Origin: Oscillospiraceae bacterium
GTDB taxonomy: Bacteria > Bacillota > Clostridia > Oscillospirales > CAG-272
Assembly (NCBI GenBank): GCA_015064785.1
Contig: SVRM01000003.1
Location: 3,336 to 67,335, forward strand
Reading direction: 5' to 3'
DNA length: 64,000 nt
The notes under the pieces were generated by a model. It worked only from the letters and a program-made list of their open reading frames with translations, was not told where the DNA came from and did not search any database. The position numbers and the translations under genes are program-made. This document shows positions 1-9,916 of the stretch, piece after piece; positions within the stretch are counted from its first letter, which is position 1, and each line of letters opens with the position of its first letter.

Positions 1-89
1 TGTATTCCGTAAATTATTATCGCGCATTTATCGTTCAATGCATGAAATGTTATTTTCTGCTGTTTTTATCATTAATTTGCACAAATCTA

Positions 90-118
90 TTGACAAGCGA
101 CAAAAAACGATGTATAAT
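90..118 (+). promoter_or_regulatory. sigma-A promoter of marR
   Basis: TTGACA 90-95, 17-bp spacer, TATAAT 113-118. Confidence 0.75.
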
Positions 119-227
119 AATTCAAGATTGAATCATCAAAATCTGAACAGTTAAGTTTTTAATTATTAATCATTTATCGATTAAAAAGTAAATCAAATAA
201 ACATTTCACATAAAGGAGCATATCATC

Positions 228-746
228 ATGTGTCACACCTCGAATGAAAAGAAGCACAAGTGCTGTGTCGTTTCCTCTCTGATGAAGACGGAACGTATGC
301 ACAAGACCGTTGTGGATTCCCGCATTTCTGCGCTCGGTATTCACCGCGGACAGCATTCCATTCTGCGCGAAATCGCACGTGCCGAGCGGAACCCCAATGA
401 ACGCGCCCTCTCCCAGAAAGACATCGCGCAGCGTTTCGGTGTCAGTGCCGCAGCTGTTGCCATGATGATGAAAAAGATGGAAGCGGAAGGCTACATCACC
501 CGCAACATGTCTTCCTCCGACAACCGCTTCAACGAACTGCATCTGACGGAGCTCGGTCATTCCCTGCTGTCCCAGTCCCACGAAATTTTCCACGAAATCG
601 ACGCAGCAACCTATGACGGTATCTCCGAAGAAGACCTGGAAATTTTCATGCGCTGTCTTGCAAAGATGCAGGAAAACCTCTCCGCAATGCCGGAGCTTGA
701 CGGTAAAAGCGATCTGCCCAAGGGCAGCTTCGGCGGAAGAAACTGA
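228..746 (+). CDS. MarR family transcriptional regulator
   Basis: 172 aa; winged-helix pattern SQKDIAQRFGVS...KKMEAEGYITR..DNR; AAGGAG RBS; upstream of ABC exporter pair. Confidence 0.9.
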   Translation: MCHTSNEKKHKCCVVSSLMKTERMHKTVVDSRISALGIHRGQHSILREIARAERNPNERALSQKDIAQRFGVSAAAVAMMMKKMEAEGYITRNMSSSDNRFNELHLTELGHSLLSQSHEIFHEIDAATYDGISEEDLEIFMRCLAKMQENLSAMPELDGKSDLPKGSFGGRN

Positions 747-775
747 GCCGAATCAAAAATTTCACACGTTTATCA

Positions 776-804
776 TTGATTTTTCACACGAAATCTGCTA
801 TAAT
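776..804 (+). promoter_or_regulatory. internal sigma-A promoter for the ABC genes
   Basis: TTGATT 776-781, 17 bp, extended -10 TGcTATAAT (TATAAT 799-804). Confidence 0.6.
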
Positions 805-916
805 ATATTGGTACCGTGCATACGGCGAAAGCTTCTGACTTTCCGGCCGTCATGCACGGTATTGTATGTTCCGAATTATTTAATCCAAGTTAACCAAGAA
901 AGGATGAGATTACCCA

Positions 917-2725
917 TTGAAACGCTGGATGAAATATGTCAAACCCTATTGGCCGTATTTTGTTCTCGGACCGCTGTGTATGATTATCGAGGTTGTCGGC
1001 GAAATGCTGATGCCCAAAACACTTGCGATGATCATCGACTACGGTGTCGGTGCAAAGCCGATTGAAGAAGCATCCGCCCTCGTCCGCTGGATCTATTCCG
1101 TCTGCGGCGAAAACGCATCTCCGTTCATTATCACCGCGATGGTCGGTATGATGATTACCGCCGTTATCATGATGATCGGTGGTGTCGGCGGCGCGTACTA
1201 CGGCTCCAAGGCCTCCGTCAACTTTGCGGCAGACCTGCGCGAGGACATATACCGGAAAGTGCAGACCTACTCGTTTGCCAACATCGATAAGTTCTCCACC
1301 TCGTCGCTGATTACCCGACTGACCAACGACGTCACTCAGATGCAGAACTTCATCATGACGCTCCTGCGCATGTGCCTGCGTTCCCCCGGTATGATGATCG
1401 GTGCGCTGATCATGGCGCTGTCGATCAATCTGCGCCTGTCGCTGGTGCTGGCGGTTGTCATGCCGCTGCTGATTTGCGCCATTGCTCTGATCATTTCCCG
1501 CGGCTTCCCGCGCTTTGCGGCAATGCAGACCAAAATCGACGGACTGAATGCAACGGTGCAGGAAAATCTGACCAATGTCCGCGTCGTCAAGTCCTTCGTG
1601 CGCGAATCGTTTGAGCGCGACAAGTTTGCCAAGTCCAATGCAGAGCTGAAAAAGAGCGGTATGGCAGCGGCCGGTGTCATGATCTTTATGTCCCCGATCA
1701 TGTCGTTCTTTATGAACATCACCACGCTGGCGGTACTCTGGTTCGGCGGCAATATGCTGGTGTCCGAAACCATGTCTGCCGGTGACCTCTCCGCATTTGT
1801 TACATACATTACGCAGATCCTCTCCTCACTGATGATGGTCACGATGATGTTTGTGCAGATGTCCCGTGCGATGGCATCGGCAAAGCGTATCTCCGAGGTT
1901 CTGGACGAGGTACCGGACATCGCCGATACGGCAGCGGATGACACGCGCACCGTACAGTCGGGCGACATCCGGTTTGAAAACGTCTCCTTCCGCTATTATA
2001 AGAACAGCGAAGAATCCGTGTTGGATCATATCAATCTGCACATTCCTGCCGGCTCCACCGTCGGCATCATCGGCTCCACCGGCTGCGGCAAAACAACGCT
2101 GGTCTCGATGATCGCGCGCCTGTACGATGCCGACGAGGGTGCGGTTCTGATTGACGGTGTCAATGTCCGCGACTACAGCCTCTACCACCTGCGCGAAGGC
2201 GTCGGTATGGTGCTTCAGAAGAATACGCTGTTCTCCGGCTCCGTTGCCGACAATCTGCGCTGGGGCGATCCGACCGCATCCATGGAGGAAATGCGCACCG
2301 CCGCGTCCCACGCACAGGCAGACGGCTTTGTCAGCGCGTTCAAGGATGGCTATGAAACCGAAATCGAGCAGGGTGGTACGAACGTCTCCGGCGGTCAGAA
2401 GCAGCGTCTGTGCATCGCACGCGCCCTGCTCAAAAAGCCGAAAATTCTGATTCTCGACGACTCCACCTCTGCCGTCGATACGGCAACGGAAGCACGCATC
2501 CGCGAAGCCTTCCGCGGTGAGCTGAAGAATTCCACCAAAATCATCATCGCACAGCGCATTGGCTCCGTCCGTGAAGCCGATCGGATTATCGTCATGGATG
2601 ACGGACGCATCACCGGTATCGGCACGCACGACGAGCTGCTCGCATCCAATACCGAATATCAGGAAATCTATGCCTCCCAGATGGAATCCAACAACCAAAG
2701 TGAAGCAAAGGAGGTGCTGGCATAA
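917..2725 (+). CDS. ABC exporter fused permease/ATPase, degenerate-site subunit of heterodimer (TM287-like)
   Basis: TTG start after AAAGGA; transmembrane domain; Walker A GSTGCGKT, signature VSGGQKQR, non-canonical Walker B LILDDS and switch IIAQR. Confidence 0.93.
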   Translation: MKRWMKYVKPYWPYFVLGPLCMIIEVVGEMLMPKTLAMIIDYGVGAKPIEEASALVRWIYSVCGENASPFIITAMVGMMITAVIMMIGGVGGAYYGSKASVNFAADLREDIYRKVQTYSFANIDKFSTSSLITRLTNDVTQMQNFIMTLLRMCLRSPGMMIGALIMALSINLRLSLVLAVVMPLLICAIALIISRGFPRFAAMQTKIDGLNATVQENLTNVRVVKSFVRESFERDKFAKSNAELKKSGMAAAGVMIFMSPIMSFFMNITTLAVLWFGGNMLVSETMSAGDLSAFVTYITQILSSLMMVTMMFVQMSRAMASAKRISEVLDEVPDIADTAADDTRTVQSGDIRFENVSFRYYKNSEESVLDHINLHIPAGSTVGIIGSTGCGKTTLVSMIARLYDADEGAVLIDGVNVRDYSLYHLREGVGMVLQKNTLFSGSVADNLRWGDPTASMEEMRTAASHAQADGFVSAFKDGYETEIEQGGTNVSGGQKQRLCIARALLKKPKILILDDSTSAVDTATEARIREAFRGELKNSTKIIIAQRIGSVREADRIIVMDDGRITGIGTHDELLASNTEYQEIYASQMESNNQSEAKEVLA

Positions 2726-4639
2726 ATGAATACGCAGAAAACCATAGCAGGCACCCGTTCACTGGAAGAGCTGCAGAAGCAGTATTCCGGTGCAGGCAAG
2801 CCCGGTGCTCCCGGCGGCAGAGGTCCGATGGGCGGTCCCGGTCCCAGACGCGGCGGCGGTCCCGGTGTCCGTGCAAAGGGCAAACCGAAAAATATGCGTG
2901 CCACCGTCATACGGCTCCTCTCCTATGTCGCAAAATACCGTTTCCAGCTGGTGCTGGTCTTCCTCTTTATGATTACCAATACGCTGACTTCGCTGTATGC
3001 GGGATATCAGCTCAAGCCGATCTTCAATATGCTGATCGACACCACCGTGACAGCAAGTGATCGCATTGCATCGCTTCTGCATACCCTGCTCATTCTGGCC
3101 TGCGTCTATGCAGTTGGTATCGTGACCAACTACGTGCAGGCGCGTCTGATGCTGAAGATCTCGCAGAACACGACAGAGGCGCTGCGGCGTGATCTGTTCA
3201 ATTCTGTACAGGAGCTGCCCGTCCGCTTCTTCGACGGCACACCGACCGGTGAGACGATGTCCCGCTTCACCAACGACATCGACGCCATCGACATGATGAT
3301 CAACCACTCCCTGACCGGTATGGTCTCCGGCGTGATCAACCTCATCGGTACATTTGCCATGATGCTGTACACCAATGTCTGGCTGACGATCATCACAATC
3401 GTATTTATTCCGATCTTTGCCAAGGGCGGCGGTGCCATCGCCAAGCTGTCCACGAAGTACTATTCCGGTCAGCAGGCGGCACTCGGTGCGGTCAACGGCT
3501 ACATCGAGGAATCTGTCTCCGGACAGAAGGTCGTCAAGGTCTTCAATCATGAGGACATCTGCGTTGAGGAGTTTACCGCGCTGAACAACGATATGCGCGA
3601 CAAGCAGTTCCGTGCACAGTTCTGGGGCGGTGTTATGGGTCCGATCATGGGCAACACCTCACAGATCTCCTACGCACTGACAGCCGGTATCGGCGGTCTT
3701 CTGTGTCTTGCAGGACGCTTTGACGTCGGCGGTCTTGTCGTCTTTGTCAACTATTCCCGCCAGTTCTCGATGCCGATCAATATGATTTCGGGACAGATGG
3801 CGACGATCTTCTCCGCGCTTGCCTGTGCAGAGCGTGTCTTCACCGTCATGGATCAGCCGCAGGAGGAGGCGGACCGCGAAGGCGCACAGATCATGCCCGC
3901 GGATACCCCCGGCCGTGTCGAGCTTGAACATGTCACCTTCGGTTATAACCCCGACAAGGTCGTTCTGCGCGATATCACCCTCACGGCAGAACCCGGTCAA
4001 AAGATCGCGTTCGTCGGCTCCACCGGTGCCGGAAAAACGACCATCACCAATCTGCTCAATCGCTTCTACGACATTCAGGAGGGCGAAATCCGCATTGATG
4101 GTATCTCCATCCGCGATTACACACGGGATTCCCTGCGCGGCGGCATTGCGATGGTATTGCAGGATACGCACCTGTTTACAGGCACGGTCATGGAAAATAT
4201 CCGCTACGGCCGACCCGATGCGACGGACGATGAGGTTGTCGCGGCGGCAAAGACCGCCTCGGCGCACTCGTTCATCATGCGTCTGTCCGACGGCTACCAG
4301 ACGATGCTGGAAGGCGACGGCGCGAACCTGTCACAGGGTCAGCGTCAGCTTTTGAACATTGCCCGCGCTGCAATCTCCAAAGCACCGATCCTCGTTCTGG
4401 ACGAAGCGACCTCGTCCGTCGATACCCGTACCGAGCGTCACATCGAACACGGTCTGGCGCGTCTGATGAAGAACCGCACAACGTTCGTCATCGCGCACCG
4501 CCTGTCCACCGTCCGCAACTCCGATGCCATTATGGTACTGGAGCGCGGCGAGATCATCGAGCGCGGCTCCCACGACGAGCTGCTGGCGCTTGGCGGTCGG
4601 TATTACGAGCTGTATACCGGCGTCAAGGAGCTGGATTGA
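2726..4639 (+). CDS. ABC exporter fused permease/ATPase, consensus-site subunit (TM288-like)
   Basis: GSTGAGKT, LSQGQRQ, LVLDEATS, IAHRL; abuts partner gene. Confidence 0.93.
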   Translation: MNTQKTIAGTRSLEELQKQYSGAGKPGAPGGRGPMGGPGPRRGGGPGVRAKGKPKNMRATVIRLLSYVAKYRFQLVLVFLFMITNTLTSLYAGYQLKPIFNMLIDTTVTASDRIASLLHTLLILACVYAVGIVTNYVQARLMLKISQNTTEALRRDLFNSVQELPVRFFDGTPTGETMSRFTNDIDAIDMMINHSLTGMVSGVINLIGTFAMMLYTNVWLTIITIVFIPIFAKGGGAIAKLSTKYYSGQQAALGAVNGYIEESVSGQKVVKVFNHEDICVEEFTALNNDMRDKQFRAQFWGGVMGPIMGNTSQISYALTAGIGGLLCLAGRFDVGGLVVFVNYSRQFSMPINMISGQMATIFSALACAERVFTVMDQPQEEADREGAQIMPADTPGRVELEHVTFGYNPDKVVLRDITLTAEPGQKIAFVGSTGAGKTTITNLLNRFYDIQEGEIRIDGISIRDYTRDSLRGGIAMVLQDTHLFTGTVMENIRYGRPDATDDEVVAAAKTASAHSFIMRLSDGYQTMLEGDGANLSQGQRQLLNIARAAISKAPILVLDEATSSVDTRTERHIEHGLARLMKNRTTFVIAHRLSTVRNSDAIMVLERGEIIERGSHDELLALGGRYYELYTGVKELD

Positions 4640-4673
4640 TCCGATTTATCATACAAAAACAAAAATAGATCAG

Positions 4674-4706
4674 ACACCGCCAAGGGTTGCCCCTTGGCGG
4701 TGTTTT
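4674..4706. terminator. intrinsic terminator between convergent genes
   Basis: 13-bp perfect stem ACACCGCCAAGGG/CCCTTGGCGGTGT followed by T-run. Confidence 0.8.
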
Positions 4707-4713
4707 GTTATGT

Positions 4714-5646
4714 TCATTTTTCGATTTTGCCTTCAATTTCTTTCGCATAACCCAATGCCTGTTCAGCCTCTACATCGTATCCGTTTTTCCGATGAATATC
4801 AGCAATGTCCCGATAGATTTGGTATGCATCCTCAAATCGCTCAAGCTGCCGATAACACCACGCAATCTGATACTTTTCATCGCAAAAGGGAGTTCCCATT
4901 TCTCCTGCTTGTTCAAAATATGCGATCGCCGTTTCATATTCGTTCAAGCTGCAATAAACAATCCCCGCAAGAAAATGGAATTCCCAATAATCGGGAAATT
5001 TCTGCATTGCATCCCTGCAAACAGAGAGCGCTTTTTCATATTGTCCTGCACGGTCGTACGCTTCTATCAGCAAACACCATTCCCGCTCGTCAAGCGCACC
5101 GTGTGCCTCGTCCATTTCGCGCTGACGCTCTGCCAAAATTTTATCTCCCTTTCCAAAAGCAAAGAGCATACACTGTTTCATTGTCGCAGCGCGTCTGTAC
5201 GGAAGCACATTCTTTTCCGTTTTGTCGGACAGCACTTCATCAAACCATTTGAGTGCCTCATCCTTGCAATAATACATCATCTCCATATGAAGCCAGCCGT
5301 AATCCCATTTATCGTATGTTGAGAGTTCGCCTGATTTCATCAATTTTTGATATTCGAGACGACACCTCAAAAAATCCTCGGGATCATTACTGACTTCGTA
5401 GAGCGCAGATAATCTTTGGGCATAATTATCGTAAGCCACGGACTGCTTTTTGAAAAGGTCATCCACCATAACGCCGTAAAGCTTAGCGATTTCGGGAAGA
5501 AGAAGCACGTCGGGCAGAGTATTTCCGCACTCCCACCGTGATACGCTTTGTGCTGTTACACACAGCATCTCCGCAGCCTCTTCCTGTGTATATTTCTTTG
5601 CCAATCTGAATTTTTTCATATTTTCGGAAAACACAGTAGAGTTCAA
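4714..5646 (-). CDS. XRE-family HTH regulator with C-terminal TPR-like domain
   Basis: TQEEAAEMLCVTAQSVSRWECGNTLPD HTH_3 motif; helical repeats (AGIVYCSLNEYETAIAYFEQA); AT-richer than neighbours. Confidence 0.85.
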   Translation of the reverse strand: MNSTVFSENMKKFRLAKKYTQEEAAEMLCVTAQSVSRWECGNTLPDVLLLPEIAKLYGVMVDDLFKKQSVAYDNYAQRLSALYEVSNDPEDFLRCRLEYQKLMKSGELSTYDKWDYGWLHMEMMYYCKDEALKWFDEVLSDKTEKNVLPYRRAATMKQCMLFAFGKGDKILAERQREMDEAHGALDEREWCLLIEAYDRAGQYEKALSVCRDAMQKFPDYWEFHFLAGIVYCSLNEYETAIAYFEQAGEMGTPFCDEKYQIAWCYRQLERFEDAYQIYRDIADIHRKNGYDVEAEQALGYAKEIEGKIEK

Positions 5647-5859
5647 TTCATCATCTCCTTTGAAGTATCCGTAAGCTTACACTTATATTATACCAACAGC
5701 AAAAGCAAATTGCAACATCTCGTTTTGTGAGTAAACTCTCATTTTCTGCATGGAAAAGTCAAAAAATCTGCAGCATACACACCATTACCATTGGCGGTGT
5801 TCTTTTGTCGGAACATCTCAACCGCAGGTTGCACTGCCGCTCAAAGAACGGATGATAGC

Positions 5860-6756
5860 TTACGCATCTGCGATCGTTCCCGTCGCATATCCGATGAATT
5901 CCTCACGGTTACGGCGTCCGTTATACCAGATATGATAGGTTCCGTCCTCTGTGCGGATAACACCCGGCTTATAGCAGGAATGCTCGTCCCATGTGTCGGG
6001 CGTCGGCGTGACCAGCGGATTTTCGGCAACTCTGTGCCAGTCCGTGATCCCGTCTTTGGAACGTGCTGCACAGATACAGGCGGTATGGATATCCCGATAA
6101 CCGATGTAAAACATCAGATAACTGTTTTCCTCTTTCAGGATCTGCACGGCACCGATGCGGTTCTGTTCATATTCATTTTCCGGTTCACAGCAGAACATCG
6201 GATTGTTTGCGTACTTTTCCCAATGAATGCCGTCATCGGATTCCGCATAGCAGATGGCATTCGGTTCATAGGTCTCACCGGCGGCATACCACATACGGAA
6301 TCTGCCGTTATCAAACATGACAAACGGGTTCATGACGGATTCCTTTTCAAAATCCATTTCCGGCACCAGAACGGGGTCTTTGTAAAAGCGTTCAAAGTGA
6401 ATGCCGTCATCGGAGCGCGCGATGCCAATCCACGATTTTCCATACGAGCCCTCCCAGTACTGGCTGGAATACCACATCAGATAGCCCTCTCCATGCGGAT
6501 CGGGAATGACACAGTTGCGGTTCAGATCGTTTTCTCCGGTCGTGGGATCACATTCGAGTGTGATCTGCGGCTCGTCCCAATGAATGCCGTCATCGGAAAA
6601 CGTGACCGCCAGCGCCTTCTGCGGACGCCACGATACATCCATACGGATTCTGCCGCGATCCTTCCATACATATGCATCAAACATTGTTCCGGTTTCCTTG
6701 CTGCCGAAGACGGGACCGTCTCCGTATTTTGTGAAAGAGCCTGTCTTATAGGTCAT
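5860..6756 (-). CDS. five-bladed beta-propeller glycoside hydrolase (GH43/32/130-like)
   Basis: repeated (A/F)xSxDGIxW blade motifs; ENPLV..P..WD..SCYKP. Confidence 0.7.
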   Translation of the reverse strand: MTYKTGSFTKYGDGPVFGSKETGTMFDAYVWKDRGRIRMDVSWRPQKALAVTFSDDGIHWDEPQITLECDPTTGENDLNRNCVIPDPHGEGYLMWYSSQYWEGSYGKSWIGIARSDDGIHFERFYKDPVLVPEMDFEKESVMNPFVMFDNGRFRMWYAAGETYEPNAICYAESDDGIHWEKYANNPMFCCEPENEYEQNRIGAVQILKEENSYLMFYIGYRDIHTACICAARSKDGITDWHRVAENPLVTPTPDTWDEHSCYKPGVIRTEDGTYHIWYNGRRNREEFIGYATGTIADA

Positions 6757-6785
6757 AGCTTTTCTCCTTTATCCTGTTTCGTTGA

Positions 6786-8126
6786 TTACAGATCGATTTC
6801 CAGACGGATCTCACCGTCTGCATCGCAGCAGTATACACGGCTGCCGTCAACGGTCACGCTCAGACCGGATGCCTTGCTCCATACGATCGCAAGCGTGTGT
6901 CCGTGGTAATGGACATCAGAGACAGAGAATGTGTCAAGCGACGTCCCAAGCGGATGAATTACAAGGTGATTGCCCTCTGCGGGACAAATGCCGCAGATAC
7001 CGGTCATGACAAGGTCGATGAACGAGGAATGGTTGTAGTGCTGTCCGCGTGTGGGGTCCTTGCCCGGACGGTTCCAGCTGCGCATGATCTCACGTGCCAG
7101 CCAGATACCGGTATCGGGGTCCATATTTTCGTCAAGACACGGTGAGCCGTCGGTATCTCTGTGGGAATATGCATACTGCAAAAGCAGGCGCATAAAGTCA
7201 TCCGCAGTGATCTTCGGCTGCTTTTCCGTATGCAGATAAGCAATGACCGCGGTCAGCGTCTGCGATGTCGCAAACGGCCAGACAGGTCCGTTCCAAAGAC
7301 ACTCATGGTCAAATGGCTTGTTATATTCGGGATGCGAAACATCCGCCGTGCGCAAACCGTATTTCGCAAGGAAACAGTCGGGATCCAGCAAATATCGGAA
7401 ACAGCTGTCCTTACCTGTCGTCGGAATACCGTAAATCCACGGGACATAACCGATCTGTTCCCGTACATTCTGACGGATACCGTCGTCGGAAACAACACCG
7501 AACATTCCGATTTCCTCATTCCACAGCGTTTCGTTGATCTGACGGGATAATGCTTCTGCTTCGGTACGGTATGCACGCGCCTCATCTGCATTTCCGATTT
7601 TGTCCGCAATCCGTGCCAGCGCAAATTTATCCGCTGTCATGTAGGCATTGATGGTCGGGCGGATACCGTCGCCGGAGATGGAATATTCCATACCGTCACG
7701 GTCACATCTCTGCCGGTACATCCCGCCATCGACTTTATGGTCATCCCATGCGGCATGAATTTCCCTGAGCTGCGGATACAGTGCTTCTGCTGTGGAATCA
7801 TCGCCCGTGACATCGGCCAGCACGGCAACACTGTTTGCAATCGGAAAGCTGTACAGACGGGGATTGCCCGCGGTACACCAGAATTTTGCGTATTCCTCCA
7901 GAAGATACGTTTCGTGAAGCCATCTGCCGTCACGGAAATGATGGCTTGCGGCACAGCTGATGGTATTGTATTTTCCGCTCCACGGAACGTCCGGAAGAAA
8001 TTCTGTAATGACATATCCGTCGGGCGTTTCTTTGACGTGGTGCCGGTACACCTCACAGCGGTAATTGTAGGTAATGTCCAGTTCCTGATCGGAGGATGTA
8101 AATTTTGGGAAATGAATCTGTGTCAT
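6786..8126 (-). CDS. MGH1-like (alpha/alpha)6 glycoside hydrolase
   Basis: RDGMEYSI, RPTINAY, CLWNGPVWPFATSQTL, YNHSSFIDL motifs; start chosen by RBS GAAGGGG. Confidence 0.75.
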   Translation of the reverse strand: MTQIHFPKFTSSDQELDITYNYRCEVYRHHVKETPDGYVITEFLPDVPWSGKYNTISCAASHHFRDGRWLHETYLLEEYAKFWCTAGNPRLYSFPIANSVAVLADVTGDDSTAEALYPQLREIHAAWDDHKVDGGMYRQRCDRDGMEYSISGDGIRPTINAYMTADKFALARIADKIGNADEARAYRTEAEALSRQINETLWNEEIGMFGVVSDDGIRQNVREQIGYVPWIYGIPTTGKDSCFRYLLDPDCFLAKYGLRTADVSHPEYNKPFDHECLWNGPVWPFATSQTLTAVIAYLHTEKQPKITADDFMRLLLQYAYSHRDTDGSPCLDENMDPDTGIWLAREIMRSWNRPGKDPTRGQHYNHSSFIDLVMTGICGICPAEGNHLVIHPLGTSLDTFSVSDVHYHGHTLAIVWSKASGLSVTVDGSRVYCCDADGEIRLEIDL

Positions 8127-8358
8127 TGGTTCTGACCCCTTCTCACTTGATATGATGTACATATATTATATCATATTTCGTTTGCAGTATCAACCGGTTC
8201 GCATAGATTTTCAAACGGAATATCCGCCTGCATCCCCTGTGCCGCGGCAATCAGGCATCCGCTGTTCTGCGGCATTGCTTTCGTTACGAGAATCGTTTTT
8301 TCGCGGCCTCCTCTGCAGTTCGCCGCAGGAATGCCCCGGATTCTGATTGAAAAAGCAG

Positions 8359-8632
8359 CCCCATGGAAGCAATCCCGGTCTCCCCGCGATAAAATTTCAA
8401 CCTGCGGTTCATATCCGGTTTCCTTTTGTTCCCTTTACAAATGCGTGATTTATGCTATAATAGAAGCAGAAGCAGACGTCGGCTTACTCTTACGAAATCG
8501 AAGCAATCACTATGGAAATGAGAATCGGAGCAAATATCAAGCGCTTGCGTACCGCAAAAAACATCACACAGGAGCAGCTTTCCGCGGCAATGAATGTCAC
8601 CTGTGCAGCGGTCAGCAAATGGGAAAGCGGCG
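8359..8632 (+). repeat. 274-bp direct repeat copy 1 (promoter, RBS and first ~40 codons of XRE HTH)
   Basis: matches 9643-9916 at offset 1284 with 4 mismatches counted by eye. Confidence 0.95.
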
Positions 8633-9594
8633 CATCAAGTCCCGACCTGTCGCTGATCGTACCACTCGCAAAGCTCCTGCACGTAACGACAGACGAGCTG
8701 CTCGGCATGGATGCATCGGAGGAGGACGCACGAAAACAGGAATACGAGGTGCTGTATGCGACAGCACACCATCCCGGACAGCTGGAAATCGCCCGGCAGG
8801 CAGCGAGGGACTATCCGGGAGAGCTGAAGTATGTCAAATGGCAGGCAAACTGTCAGTATATGGATGCGTTTGAGCATTACACGACGCAGGAAGCCTTTTA
8901 CGAAGACCTGGAAAAAGCACTGAGGCTGGAGCGGGTTGTGTTTGAAAACACGGATGACGAAACACTGAAAAACAGCGCACTTGCGGGGATTGTGATGAAT
9001 CTGTCCGGTCTGCACCGGAACGACGAGGCTGTCCGATACGCAGAGCAGTATCCCGATGCGCCTGTGCTTGACAAAAAGACCGTCATGGGTTGGGCGCTGA
9101 CGGGAGAGGAAAAAGAACGTCATTCCCAAAAGATTCTGATGGAACACCTGGATGGGATGCTCTGGATTCTGATCGAAAAAGCAGACCCCCAGAACCCCAA
9201 CCTCAAGCGCATGGAATCTCTCGACTGCGCCGAAGGTCTGATTCATATGCTGTTTCCGGGGGGCGAATACAACCGCTATTACGATGAGCTGTTTCTCATT
9301 TATGTTTACAAAGCGGTCATTTACGCCAACCATGCGCCGGAAAAAGCAGCGGACGCATTGAAGCAGGCACGGTCTTACGCACAGGCATTTGATGACTTAT
9401 TCATGAGAGAACCTGCCGCCATCCCGTACCGTTCCCCGTTTTTCAATCTGCTCAACTACAATTCGGCAGATTTGCTCCTGTACGGTTCGCTTGAGGAAAA
9501 CCGGCTCACCGACAGATTCCGGTGGTGGCTTTCCGGCGCATGCTTTGATGTGATCCGGGAGCGGGAGGATTTCAAGGCGTTTCTGGCGGAATGA
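8512..9594 (+). CDS. XRE-family HTH regulator with helical (TPR-like) C-terminal domain
   Basis: TQEQLSAAMNVTCAAVSKWESGASSPDL HTH; 360 aa. Confidence 0.88.
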   Translation: MEMRIGANIKRLRTAKNITQEQLSAAMNVTCAAVSKWESGASSPDLSLIVPLAKLLHVTTDELLGMDASEEDARKQEYEVLYATAHHPGQLEIARQAARDYPGELKYVKWQANCQYMDAFEHYTTQEAFYEDLEKALRLERVVFENTDDETLKNSALAGIVMNLSGLHRNDEAVRYAEQYPDAPVLDKKTVMGWALTGEEKERHSQKILMEHLDGMLWILIEKADPQNPNLKRMESLDCAEGLIHMLFPGGEYNRYYDELFLIYVYKAVIYANHAPEKAADALKQARSYAQAFDDLFMREPAAIPYRSPFFNLLNYNSADLLLYGSLEENRLTDRFRWWLSGACFDVIREREDFKAFLAE

Positions 9595-9642
9595 CGGCAC
9601 GATACCGCAAAACGAGGCTTCATAACAGGCAATGCCAAATCC

Positions 9643-9916
9643 CCCCATGGAAGCAATCCCGGTCTCCCCGCGATAAAATTTCAACCTGCGGTTCATATCC
9701 GGTTTCCTTTTGTTCCCTTTACAAATGCGTGATTTATGCTATAATAGAAGCAGAAGCAGACGTCGGCTTACTCTTACGAAATCGGAGCAATCACTATGGA
9801 AATGAGAATCGGAGCAAATATCAAGCGCTTGCGTACCGCAAAAAACATCACGCAGGAGCAGCTTTCCGCGGCAATGAATGTCACCTGTGCGGCGGTCAGC
9901 AAATGGGAACGCGGCG
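9643..9916 (+). repeat. 274-bp direct repeat copy 2
   Basis: matches 8359-8632. Confidence 0.95.

Noticed and set aside
2790-2890. Gly/Pro-rich repeat at the N-terminus of the second ABC subunit
   Set aside because: Low-complexity tails are common on this subunit class
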